Shown in pieces: positions 1-12,920 of a stretch of DNA of 64,000 nucleotides. Within the stretch, counting starts at the first letter, position 1. Each line of letters begins with the position of its first letter. The stretch spans positions 124,001-188,000 of the forward strand of contig JBHGNT010000046.1 in the NCBI GenBank assembly GCA_043228905.1, written 5' to 3'. The stretch comes from Azolla caroliniana. Lineage: Eukaryota; Plantae; Polypodiophyta. Both the position numbers and the translations under genes were made by a program. The notes under the pieces were generated by a model that saw only the letters and a list, made by a program, of their open reading frames with translations, ran no database searches and was not told the DNA's origin.

Positions 1-3000
1 CACGTATGAACATTTTATTTTACCTCCAAGCTATTCTCAACTCACTCGTCAAATTTGGTAATTTCGTCATGTCTCTCGACCTGAGTTTCAAAATCTTGAT
101 TTTTTAATTCCATATCATAGCTAGCGCTGTTAGCTTCGATTCGCATGTTTGAACACAAAAATCCGATATCACACGAGCAAGGAATGAACATTTTCATTTA
201 CTCAAGGGCTCCTCTCAACTCACTCCTCAAATTTGGTAATTTCGTCATGTCTCTCGACCTGAGTTTCAAAATCTTGATTTTTTAATGCCATATCATAGCT
301 AGCGTTGTTAGCTTCGATTCGCATGTTTGAACACAAACATCCGATATCACACGAGCAAGGAATGAACATTTTAATTTACTCAAGGGCTCCTCTCAACTCC
401 CTCCTAAAATTTGGTAATTTCATCATGTCTTTCGACCTGAGTTTCAAAATCTCGATTTTTTAATTCCATAGCATAGCTAGTGCTGTTAGCTTCGATACGC
501 ATGTTTGAACACAAACATCCGATATCACACGAGCAAGGAATGAACATTTTAATTTACTCAAGGGCTCCTCTCAACTCACTCCTCAAATTTGGTAATTTCA
601 TCATGTCTCTCGACCTGAGTTTCAAAATCTTGATTTTTTAATTCCATATCATAGCTAGCGTTGTTAGCTTCGATTCGCATGTTTGAGCACAAAAATTCGA
701 TATCACACTCGCCAGGTATGAACATTTTAATTTACTCAAGGCCTCCTCTCAACTAACTCCTCAAATTTGGTAATTTCGTCATGTCTCTCGACCTGAGTTT
801 CAAAATCTTGATTTTTTAATTCCATATCATAGCTAGCGTTGTTAGCTTCGATTCGCATGTTTGAACACAAAAATCCGATATCACACGAGCTAGGTATGAA
901 CATTTTAATTTACTCAAGGGCTCCTCTCAACTCACTCCTCAAATATGGTAATTTCGTCATGTCTCTCGACCTGAGTTTCAAAATCTTGATTTTTTATTTC
1001 TATATCATAGCTAGCGTTGTTAGCTTCGATTCGCATGTTTGAACACAAAAATGCGATATAACACGAGCCAGGTATGAACATTTTAATTTACCTCCAAGCT
1101 ATTCTCAACTGTCTCCTCAAATTTGCTAATTTCATCATGTCTCTCGACCTGAGTTTCAAAATCTTGATTTTTTAATTCTATATCATAGCTAGCGTTGTTA
1201 GCTTCGATTCGCATGTTTGAACACAAAAATTCGATATCACACTCGCCAGGTATGAACATTTTAATTTACTCAAGGGCTCCTCTCAACTCACTCCTCAAAT
1301 TTGGTAATTTCGTCATGTCTCTCGACCTGAGTTTCAAAATCTTGATTTTTTAATTCGATATCATAGCTAGCGTTGTTAGCTTCGATTCGCATGTTTGAAC
1401 ACAAAAATCCGATAGCACACTAGCCAGGTATGAACATTTTAATTTACTCAAGGGCTCCTCTCAACTCACTCCTGAAATTTGGTAATTTCATCATGTCTCT
1501 TGACTTGAGTTTCAAAATCTTGATTTTTTAATTCCATATCATAGCTAGTGCTGTTAGCTTCGATTCGCATGTTTGAACACAAACATCCGATATCACACGA
1601 GCAAGGAATGAACATTTTAATTTACTCAAGGGCTCTTCTCAACTCACTCCTCAAATTTGGTAATTTCATCATGTCTCTCGACTTGAGTTTCAAAATCTTG
1701 ATTTTTTAATTCCATATCATAGCTAGCGCTGTTAGCTTCGATTCGCATGTTTGAACACAAAAATCCGATATCACACGAGCAAGGAATGAACATTTTCATT
1801 TACTCAAGGGCTCCTCTCAACTCACTCCTCAAATTTGGTAATTTCGTCATGTCTCTCGACCTGAGTTTCAAAATCTTGATTTTTTAATGCCATATCATAG
1901 CTAGCGTTGTTAGCTTCGATTCGCATGTTTGAACACAAACATCCGATATCACACGAGCAAGGAATGAACATTTTAATTTACTCAAGGGCTCCTCTCAACT
2001 CCCTCCTAAAATTTGGTAATTTCATCATGTCTTTCGACCTGAGTTTCAAAATCTCGATTTTTTAATTCCATAGCATAGCTAGTGCTGTTAGCTTCGATTC
2101 GCATGTTTGAACACAAACATCCGATATCACACGAGCAAGGAATGAACATTTTAATTTACTCAAGGGCTCCTCTCAACTCACTCCTCAAATTTGGTAATTT
2201 CATCATGTCTCTCGACCTGAGTTTCAAAATCTTGATTTTTTAATTCCATATCATAGCTAGCGTTGTTAGCTTCGATTCGCATGTTTGAGCACAAAAATTC
2301 GATATCACACTCGCCACGTATGAACATTTTAATTTACTCAAGGCCTCCTCTCAACTAACTCCTCAAATTTGGTAATTTCGTCATGTGTCTCGACCTGAGT
2401 TTCAAAATCTTGATTTTCTAATTCCATATCATAGCTAGCGTTGTTAGCTTCGATTCGCATGTTTGAACACAAAAATCCGATATCACACGAGCTAGGTATG
2501 AACATTTTAATTTACTCAAGGGCTCCTCTCAACTCACTCCTCAAATATGGTAATTTCGTCATGTCTCTCGACCTGAGTTTCAAAATCTTGATTTTTTATT
2601 TCGATATCATAGCTAGCGTTGTTAGCTTCGATTCGCATGTTTGAACACAAAAATGCGATATAACACGAGCCAGGTATGAACATTTTAATTTACCTCCAAG
2701 CTATTCTCAACTGTCTCCTCAAATTTGCTAATTTCATCATGTCTCTCGACCTGAGTTTCAAAATCTTGATTTTTTAATTCCATATCATAGCTAGCGTTGT
2801 TAGCTTCGATTCGCATGTTTGAACACAAAAATCCGATATCACACGAGCTAGGTATGAACATTTTAATTTACTCAAGGGCTCCTCTCAACTCACTCCTCAA
2901 ATATGGTAATTTCGTCATGTCTCTCGACCTGAGTTTCAAAATCTTGATTTTTTATTTCTATATCATAGCTAGCGTTGTTAGCTTCGATTCGCATGTTTGA

Positions 3001-6000
3001 ACACAAAAATGCGATATAACACGAGCCAGGTATGAACATTTTAATTTACCTCCAAGCTATTCTCAACTGTCTCCTCAAATTTGCTAATTTCATCATGTCT
3101 CTCGACCTGAGTTTCAAAATCTTGATTTTTTAATTCTATATCATAGCTAGCGTTGTTAGCTTCGATTCGCATGTTTGAACACAAAAATTCGATATCACAC
3201 TCGCCAGGTATGAACATTTTAATTTACTCAAGGGCTCCTCTCAACTCACTCCTCAAATTTGGTAATTTCGTCATGTCTCTCGACCTGAGTTTCAAAATCT
3301 TGATTTTTTAATTCGATATCATAGCTAGCGTTGTTAGCTTCGATTCGCATGTTTGAACACAAAAATCCGATAGCACACTAGCCAGGTATGAACATTTTAA
3401 TTTACTCAAGGGCTCCTCTCAACTCACTCCTGAAATTTGGTAATTTCATCATGTCTCTTGACTTGAGTTTCAAAATCTTGATTTTTTAATTCCATATCAT
3501 AGCTAGTGCTGTTAGCTTCGATTCGCATGTTTGAACACAAACATCCGATATCACACGAGCAAGGAATGAACATTTTAATTTACTCAAGGGCTCCTCTCAA
3601 CTCACTCCTCAAATTTGGTAATTTCATCATGTCTCTCGACCTGAGTTTCAAAATCTTGATTTTCTAATTCCATATCATAGCTAGCGTTGTTAGCTTCGAT
3701 TCGCATGTTTGAGCACAAAAATTCGATATCACACTCGCCACGTATGAACATTTTAATTTACTCAAGGCCTCCTCTCAACTAACTCCTCAAATTTGGTAAT
3801 TTCGTCATGTCTCTCGACCTGAGTTTCAAAATCTTGATTTTCTAATTCCATATCATAGCTAGCGTTGTTAGCTTCGATTCGCATGTTTGAACACAAAAAT
3901 CCGATATCACACGAGCTAGGTATGAACATTTTAATTTACTCAAGGGCTCCTCTCAACTCACTCCTCAAATATGGTAATTTCGTCATGTCTCTCGACCTGA
4001 GTTTCAAAATCTTGATTTTTTATTTCGATATCATAGCTAGCGTTGTTAGCTTCGATTCGCATGTTTGAACACAAAAATGCGATATAACACGAGCCAGGTA
4101 TGAACATTTTAATTTACCTCCAAGCTATTCTCAACTGTCTCCTCAAATTTGCTAATTTCATCATGTCTCTCGACCTGAGTTTCAAAATCTTGATTTTTTA
4201 ATTCTATATCATAGCTAGCGTTGTTATCTTCGATTCGCATGTTTGAACACAAAAATTCGATATCACACTCGCCAGGTATGAACATTTTAATTTACTCAAG
4301 GGCTCCTCTCAACTCACTCCTCAAATTTGGTAATTTCGTCATGTCTCTCGACCTGAGTTTCAAAATCTTGATTTTTTAATTCGATATCATAGCTAGCGTT
4401 GTTAGCTTCGATTCGCATGTTTGAACACAAAAATCCGATAGCACACGAGCCAGGTATGAACATTTTAATTTACCTCCAAGCTATTCTCAACTGTCTCCTC
4501 AAATTTGCTAATTTCATCATGTCTCTCGACCTGAGTTTCAAAATCTTGATTTTTTAATTCTATATCATAGCTAGCGTTGTTAGCTTCGATTCGCATGTTT
4601 GAACACAAAAATTCGATATCACACTCGCCAGGTATGAACATTTTAATTTACTCAAGGGCTCCTCTCAACTAACTCCTCAAATTTGGTAATTTCGTCATGT
4701 CTCTCGACCTGAGTTTCAAAATCTTGATTTTTTAATTCGATATCATAGCTAGCGTTGTTAGCTTCGATTCGCATGTTTGAACACAAAAATCCGATAGCAC
4801 ACTAGCCAGGTATGAACATTTTAATTTACTCAAGGGCTCCTCTCAACTCACTCCTGAAATTTGGTAATTTCATCATGTCTCTTGACTTGAGTTTCAAAAT
4901 CTTGATTTTTTAATTCCATATCATAGCTAGTGGTGTTAGCTTCGATTCGCATGTTTGAACACAAACATCCGATATCACACGAGCAAGGAATGAACATTTT
5001 AATTTACTCAAGGGCTCTTCTCAACTCACTCCTCAAATTTGGTAATTTCATCATGTCTCTCGACTTGAGTTTCAAAATCTTGATTTTTTAATTCCATATC
5101 ATAGCTAGCGCTGTTAGCTTCGATTCGCATGTTTGAACACAAAAATCCGATATCACACGAGCAAGGAATGAACATTTTCATTTACTCAAGGGCTCCTCTC
5201 AACTCACTCCTCAAATTTGGTAATTTCGTCATGTCTCTCGACCTGAGTTTCAAAATCTTGATTTTTTAATGCCATATCATAGCTAGCGTTGTTAGCTTCG
5301 ATTCGCATGTTTGAACACAAACATCCGATATCACACGAGCAAGGAATGAACATTTTAATTTACTCAAGGGCTCCTCTCAACTCCCTCCTAAAATTTGGTA
5401 ATTTCATCATGTCTTTCGACCTGAGTTTCAAAATCTCGATTTTTTAATTCCATAGCATAGCTAGTGCTGTTAGCTTCGATTCGCATGTTTGAACACAAAC
5501 ATCCGATATCACACGAGCAAGGAATGAACATTTTAATTTACTCAAGGGCTCCTCTCAACTCACTCCTCAAATTTGGTAATTTCATCATGTCTCTCGACCT
5601 GAGTTTCAAAATCTTGATTTTTTAATTCCATATCATAGCTAGCGTTGTTAGCTTCGATTCGCATGTTTGAGCACAAAAATTCGATATCACACTCGCCACG
5701 TATGAACATTTTAATTTACTCAAGGCCTCCTCTCAACTAACTCCTCAAATTTGGTAATTTCGTCATGTCTCTCGACCTGAGTTTCAAAATCTTGATTTTT
5801 TAATTCGATATCATAGCTAGCGTTGTTAGCTTCGATTCGCATGTTTGAACACAAAAATCCGATAGCACACTAGCCAGGTATGAACATTTTAATTTACTCA
5901 AGGGCTCCTCTCAACTCACTCCTGAAATTTGGTAATTTCATCATGTCTCTTGACTTGAGTTTCAAAATCTTGATTTTTTAATTCCATATCATAGCTAGTG
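1..6000 (+). repeat. Domain 1: irregular 9-mer (1,602 bp) higher-order repeat with 2-, 6- and 11-monomer offsets
   Basis: The diagnostic variant TAATGCCA occurs at 287, 1889 (+1602 = 9x178) and 5271 (+19x178). AAATATGG-type monomers track the ORFs at 839, 2441, 2797 and 3865. Domain-enriched variants are CAAGGAATG, AACATCCG, ATGCGATATAAC and CAACTGTC. Confidence 0.85.
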
Positions 6001-6073
6001 GTGTTAGCTTCGATTCGCATGTTTGAACACAAAAATCCGATATCACACGAGCCAGGTATGAACATTTTAATTT

Positions 6074-6110
6074 ACTCAAGGGCTCCTCCCAACTCAAGGG
6101 CTCCTCGACC
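6074..6110 (+). other. Junction of 155-bp variant monomer (net -23 bp), copy 1 of 5
   Basis: ACTCAAGGGCTCCTC-CCA-ACTCAAGGGCTCCTC-GACC replaces the normal segment. The same junction is at 6585, 9944, 10989 and 18140. The first three spacings are n x 178 - 23. Confidence 0.93.
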
Positions 6111-6538
6111 TGAGTTTCAAAATCTTGATTTTTTAATTCCATATCATAGCTAGCGTTGTTAGCTTCGATTCGCATGTTTGAACACAAAAATCCGATATCA
6201 CACTCGCCACGTATGAACATTTTAATTTTCCTACTAGCTCTTCCCAACTCACTCCTCAAATTTGGTAATTTCGTCATGTCTCTCGACCTGAGTTTCAAAA
6301 TCTTGATTTTTTAATTCGATATCATAGCTAGCGTTGTTAGCTTCGATTCGCATGTTTGAGCACAAAAATTCGATATCACAGGAGCCAGGTATGAACATTT
6401 TCATTTACTCAAGGGCTCCTCTAAACTCACTCCTCAAATTTGGTAATTTCGTCATGTCTCTCGACCTGAGTTTCAAAATCTTGATTTTTTAATTCCATAT
6501 CATAGCTAGCGTTGTTAGCTTCGATTCGCATGTTTGAG

Positions 6539-8088
6539 CACAAAAATCCGATATCACACGAGCCAGGTATGAACATTTTAATTTACTCAAGGGCTCCTCC
6601 CAACTCAAGGGCTCCTCGACCTGAGTTTCAAAATCTTGATTTTTTAATTCCATATCATAGCTAGCGTTGTTAGCTTCGATTCGCATGTTTGAGCACAAAA
6701 ATTCGATATCACAGGAGCCAGGTATGAACATTTTCATTTACTCAAGGGCTCCTCTCAACTCACTCCTCAAATTTGGTAATTTCGTCATGTCTCTCGACCT
6801 GAGTTTCAAAATCTTGATTTTTTAATTCCATATCATAGCTAGCGTTGTTAGCTTCGATTCGCATTTTTGAGCACAAAAATTCGATATCACACTCGCCAGG
6901 TATGAACATTTTAATTTACTCAAGGCCTCCTCTCAACTAACTCCTCAAATTTGGTAATTTCGTCATGTCTCTCGACCTGAGTTTCAAAATCTTGATTTTT
7001 TAATTCCATATCATAGCTAGCGTTGTTAGCTTCGATTCGCATGTTTGAACACAAAAATCCGATAGCACACTAGCCAGGTATGAACATTTTAATTTACTCA
7101 AGGGCTCCTTTCAACTCACTCTTGAAATTTGGTAATTTCATCATGTCTCTCGACCTGAGTTTCAAAATCTTGATTTTTTAATTCCATATCATAGCTAGCG
7201 TTGTTAGCTTCGATTCGCATGTTTGAACACAAAAATCCGATATCACACTCGCCACGTATGAACATTTTAATTTTCCTACTAGCTCTTCCCAACTCACTCC
7301 TCAAATTTGGTAATTTCGTCATGTCTCTCGACCTGAGTTTCCAAATCTTAATTTTTTCATACCATATCATAGCTAGCGTTGTTAGCTTCGATTCGCATGT
7401 TTGAGCACAAAAATTCGATATCACAGGAGCCAGGTATGAACATTTTCATTTACTCAAGGGCTCCTCTCAACTCACTCCTCAAATTTGGTAATTTCGTCAT
7501 GTCTCTCGACCTGAGTTTCAAAATCTTGATTTTTTAATTCCATATCATAGCTAGCGTTGTTAGCTTCGATTCGCATGTTTGAGCACAAAAATTCGATATC
7601 ACAAGAGCCAGGTATGAACATTTTAATTTACTCAAGGGCTCCTCTCAACTCACTCCTCTAATTTGGTAATTTCGTCATGTCTCTGGACCTGAGTTTCAAT
7701 ATCTTCATTTTTTAATTCCATATCATAGCTAGCGTTGTTAGCTTCGATTCGCATGTTTGAACACAAAAATCCGATATCACACGAGCCAGGTATGAACATT
7801 TTAATTTACTCAAGGGCTCCTCTCAACTCCCTCCTAAAATTTGCTAATTTCGTCATGTCTCTCGACCTGAGTTTCAAAATCTTGATTTTTTAATTCCATA
7901 TCATAGCTAGCGTTGCTAGCTTCGATTCGCATGTTTGAACACAAAAATCCGATATCACACTCGCCAGGTATGAACATTTTAATTTACTCAAGGGCTCCTC
8001 GCAACTCACTCCTCAAATTTGGTAATTTCGTCATGTCTCTCGACCTGAGTTTCAAAATCTTGATTTTTTAATTCCATATCATAGCTAG
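6539..8088 (+). repeat. About 1.55-kb block duplicated at 10943-12492 (offset 4,404 bp)
   Basis: The same ordered series of variant monomers, including the 155-bp monomer, recurs. ORF pairs are 6489/10893 and 7201/11605. 4404 = 25x178 - 46. Confidence 0.85.
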
Positions 8089-8339
8089 TGCTGTTAGCTT
8101 CGATTCGCATGTTTGAACACAAACATCCGATATCACACGAGCAAGGAATGAACATTTTAATTTACTCAAGGGCTCTTCTCAACTCACTCCTCAAATTTGG
8201 TAATTTCATTATGTCTCTCGACTTGAGTTTCAAAATCTTGATTTTTTAATTCCATATCATAGCTAGCGCTGTTAGCTTCGATTCGCATGTTTGAACACAA
8301 AAATCCGATATCACACGAGCAAGGAATGAACATTTTCAT

Positions 8340-9230
8340 TTACTCAAGGGCTCCTCTCAACTCACTCCTCAAATTTGGTAATTTCGTCATGTCTCTGGAC
8401 CTGAGTTTCAAAATCTTGATTTTTTAATTCCATATCATAGCTAGCGCTGTTACCTTCGATTCGCATGTTTGAACACAAAAAGCCGATATCACACGAGCAA
8501 GGAATGAACATTTTAATTTACTCAAGGGCTCCTTTCAACTCACTCTTGAAATTTGGTAATTTCATCATGTCTCTCGACCTGAGTTTCAAAATCTTGATTT
8601 TTTAATTCCATATCATAGCTAGCGTTGTTAGCTTCGATTCGCTTGTTTGAACACAAAAATCCGATATCACACTCGCCAGGTATGAACATCTTAATTTACT
8701 CAAGGGCTCCTTTCAACTCACTCCTGAAATTTGGTAATTTCATCATGTCTCTCGACCTGAGTTTCAAAATCTTGATTTTTTAATTCCATATCATAGCTAG
8801 CGCTGTTAGCTGCGATTCGCATGTTTGAACACAAAAATTCGATATCACAAGAGCCAGGTATGAACATTTTAATTTACTCAAGGGCTCCTCTCAACTCACT
8901 CCTCTAATTTGGTAATTTCGTCATGTCTCTGGACCTGAGTTTCAATATCTTCATTTTTTAATTCCATATCATAGCTAGCGTTGTTAGCTTCGATTCGCAT
9001 GTTTGAACACAAAAATCCGATATCACACGAGCCAGGTATGAACATTTTAATTTACTCAAGGGCTCCTCCCAACTCACTCCTCAAATTTGGTAATTTCGTC
9101 ATGTCTCTCGACCTGAGTTTCAAAATCTTGATTTTTTAATTCCATATCATAGCTAGCGTTGTTAGCTTCGATTCGCATGTTTGAACACAAAAATCCGATA
9201 TCACACTCGCCAGGTATGAACATTTTAATT
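8340..9230 (+). repeat. About 5-monomer block duplicated at about 13510-14400 (offset 5,170 bp)
   Basis: Rare SNPs are shared: TACCTTCG 8451/13621, GCTTGTTT 8641/13811, AACATC 8690/13860. 5170 = 30x178 - 170. Confidence 0.85.
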
Positions 9231-12200
9231 TACTCAAGGGCTCCTCGCAACTCACTCCTCAAATTTGGTAATTTCGTCATGTCTCTCGACCTGAGTTTCA
9301 AAATCTTGATTTTTTAATTCCATATCATAGCTAGCGTTGTTAGCTTTGATTCGCATGTTTGAACACGAAAATTCGATATCACACGAGCCAGGTATGAACA
9401 TTTTAATTTACTCAAGGGCTCCTCTCAACTCACTCCTCAAATTTGGTAATTTCGTCATGTCTCTCGACCTGAGTTTCCAAATCTTAATTTTTTCATACCA
9501 TATCATAGCTAGCGTTGTTAGCTTCGATTCGCATGTTTGAGCACAAAAATTCGATATCACAGGAGCCAGGTATGAACATTTTCATTTACTCAAGGGCTCC
9601 TCTAAACTCACTCCTCAAATTTGGTAATTTCGTCATGTCTCTCGACCTGAGTTTCAAAATCTTGATTTTTTAATTCCATATCATAGCTAGCGTTGTTAGC
9701 TTCGATTCGCATGTTTGAGCACAAAAATTCGATATCACAAGAGCCAGGTATGAACATTTTAATTTACTCAAGGGCTCCTCTCAACTCACTCCTCTAATTT
9801 GGTAATTTTGTCATGTCTCTGGACCTGAGTTTCAATATCTTCATTTTTTAATTCCATATCATAGCTAGCGTTGTTAGCTTCGATTCGCATGTTTGAACAC
9901 AAAAATCCGATATCACACGAGCCAGGTATGAACATTTTAATTTACTCAAGGGCTCCTCCCAACTCAAGGGCTCCTCGACCTGAGTTTCAAAATCTTGATT
10001 TTTTAATTCCATATCATAGCTAGCGTTGTTAGCTTCGATTCGCATGTTTGAACACAAAAATCCGATATCACACGAGCCAGGTATGAACATTTTAATTTAC
10101 TCAAGGGCTCCTTTCAACTCAGTCCTGAAATTTGGTAATTTCATCATGTCTCTCGACCTGAGTTTCAAAATCTTGATTTTTTAATTCCATATCATAGCTA
10201 GCGTTGTTAGCTTCGATTCGCATGTTTGAACACAAGAATACGATATTACACGAGCCAGGTATGAACATTGTATTTTACTCAAGGGCTCCTCTCAACTCCC
10301 TCCTAAAATTTGGTAATTTCGTCATGTCTCTGGACCTGAGCTTCAAAATCTTGATTTTTTAATTCCATATCATAGCTAGCGTTGTTAGCTTCGATTCGCA
10401 TGTTTGAACCCAAAAATCCGATATCACACTCGCCACGTATGAACATTTTAATTTTCCTACTAGCTCTTCCCAACTCACTCCTCAAATTTGGTAATTTCGT
10501 CATGTCTCTCGACCTGAGTTTCAAAATCTTGATTTTTTAATTCGATATCATAGCTAGCGTTGTTAGCTTCGATTCGCATGTTTGAGCACAAAAATTCGAT
10601 ATCACAGGAGCCAGGTATGAACATTTTCATTTACTCAAGGGCTCCTCTAAACTCACTCCTCAAATTTGGTAATTTCGTCATGTCTCTCGACCTGAGTTTC
10701 AAAATCTTGATTTTTTAATTCCATATCATAGCTAGCGTTGTTAGCTTCGATTCGCATGTTTGAGCACAAAAATTCGATATCACAAGAGCCAGGTATGAAC
10801 ATTTTAATTTACTCAAGGGCTCCTCTCAACTCACTCCTCTAATTTGGTAATTTTGTCATGTCTCTGGACCTGAGTTTCAATATCTTCATTTTTTAATTCC
10901 ATATCATAGCTAGCGTTGTTAGCTTCGATTCGCATGTTTGAACACAAAAATCCGATATCACACGAGCCAGGTATGAACATTTTAATTTACTCAAGGGCTC
11001 CTCCCAACTCAAGGGCTCCTCGACCTGAGTTTCAAAATCTTGATTTTTTAATTCCATATCATAGCTAGCGTTGTTAGCTTCGATTCGCATGTTTGAGCAC
11101 AAAAATTCGATATCACAGGAGCCAGGTATGAACATTTTCATTTACTCAAGGGCTCCTCTCAACTCACTCCTCAAATTTGGTAATTTCGTCATGTCTCTCG
11201 ACCTGAGTTTCAAAATCTTGATTTTTTAATTCCATATCATAGCTAGCGTTGTTAGCTTCGATTCGCATTTTTGAGCACAAAAATTCGATATCACACTCGC
11301 CAGGTATGAACATTTTAATTTACTCAAGGCCTCCTCTCAACTAACTCCTCAAATTTGGTAATTTCGTCATGTCTCTCGACCTGAGTTTCAAAATCTTGAT
11401 TTTTTAATTCCATATCATAGCTAGCGTTGTTAGCTTCGATTCGCATGTTTGAACACAAAAATCCGATAGCACACTAGCCAGGTATGAACATTTTAATTTA
11501 CTCAAGGGCTCCTTTCAACTCACTCTTGAAATTTGGTAATTTCATCATGTCTCTCGACCTGAGTTTCAAAATCTTGATTTTTTAATTCCATATCATAGCT
11601 AGCGTTGTTAGCTTCGATTCGCATGTTTGAACACAAAAATCCGATATCACACTCGCCACGTATGAACATTTTAATTTTCCTACTAGCTCTTCCCAACTCA
11701 CTCCTCAAATTTGGTAATTTCGTCATGTCTCTCGACCTGAGTTTCCAAATCTTAATTTTTTCATACCATATCATAGCTAGCGTTGTTAGCTTCGATTCGC
11801 ATGTTTGAGCACAAAAATTCGATATCACAGGAGCCAGGTATGAACATTTTCATTTACTCAAGGGCTCCTCTCAACTCACTCCTCAAATTTGGTAATTTCG
11901 TCATGTCTCTCGACCTGAGTTTCAAAATCTTGATTTTTTAATTCCATATCATAGCTAGCGTTGTTAGCTTCGATTCGCATGTTTGAGCACAAAAATTCGA
12001 TATCACAAGAGCCAGGTATGAACATTTTAATTTACTCAAGGGCTCCTCTCAACTCACTCCTCTAATTTGGTAATTTCGTCATGTCTCTGGACCTGAGTTT
12101 CAATATCTTCATTTTTTAATTCCATATCATAGCTAGCGTTGTTAGCTTCGATTCGCATGTTTGAACACAAAAATCCGATATCACACGAGCCAGGTATGAA

Positions 12201-12551
12201 CATTTTAATTTACTCAAGGGCTCCTCTCAACTCCCTCCTAAAATTTGCTAATTTCGTCATGTCTCTCGACCTGAGTTTCAAAATCTTGATTTTTTAATTC
12301 CATATCATAGCTAGCGTTGCTAGCTTCGATTCGCATGTTTGAACACAAAAATCCGATATCACACTCGCCAGGTATGAACATTTTAATTTACTCAAGGGCT
12401 CCTCGCAACTCACTCCTCAAATTTGGTAATTTCGTCATGTCTCTCGACCTGAGTTTCAAAATCTTGATTTTTTAATTCCATATCATAGCTAGCGTTGTTA
12501 GCTTTGATTCGCATGTTTGAACACGAAAATCCGATATCACACGAGCCAGGT

Positions 12552-12618
12552 ATGAACATTTTCATTTACTCAAGGGCTCCTCTCAACTCACTCCTCAAAT
12601 TTGCTAATTTCGCCAGGT
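12552..12618 (+). other. Truncated 67-bp monomer (111-bp deletion)
   Basis: ATGAAC anchors at 12552 and 12619. The junction reads AATTTCG|CCAGGT at about 12612. Confidence 0.92.
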
Positions 12619-12900
12619 ATGAACATTTTAATTTACCTACTAACTCTTCCCAACTCACTCCTCAAATTTTGTAATTTCGTCATGTCTCTCGACCTGAGTT
12701 TCAAAATCTTGATTTTTTAATTCCATATCATAGCTAACGTTGTTAGCTTCGATTCGCATTTTTGAGCACAAAAATTCGATATCACACTCGCCAGGTATGA
12801 ACATTTTAATTTACTCAAGGCCTCCTCTCAACTAACTCCTCAAATTTGGTAATTTCGTCATGTCTCTCGACTTGAGTTTCAAAATCTTGATTTTTTAATT

Positions 12901-12920
12901 GCATATCATAGCTTCGATTC
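12901..12920 (+). other. 13-bp deletion between TAGCT direct repeats (165-bp monomer)
   Basis: CATAGCTTCG in place of CATAGCTAGCGTTGTTAGCTTCG. The sum 111+13 = 124 matches the phase shift between ORFs at 11605 and 14329. Confidence 0.92.

Noticed and set aside
540-717. Possible origin of the monomer from two 89-bp subunits (TTTTAATT recurs at monomer positions 8 and 97)
   Set aside because: Similarity does not extend beyond this AT-rich octamer, so it is compatible with chance.
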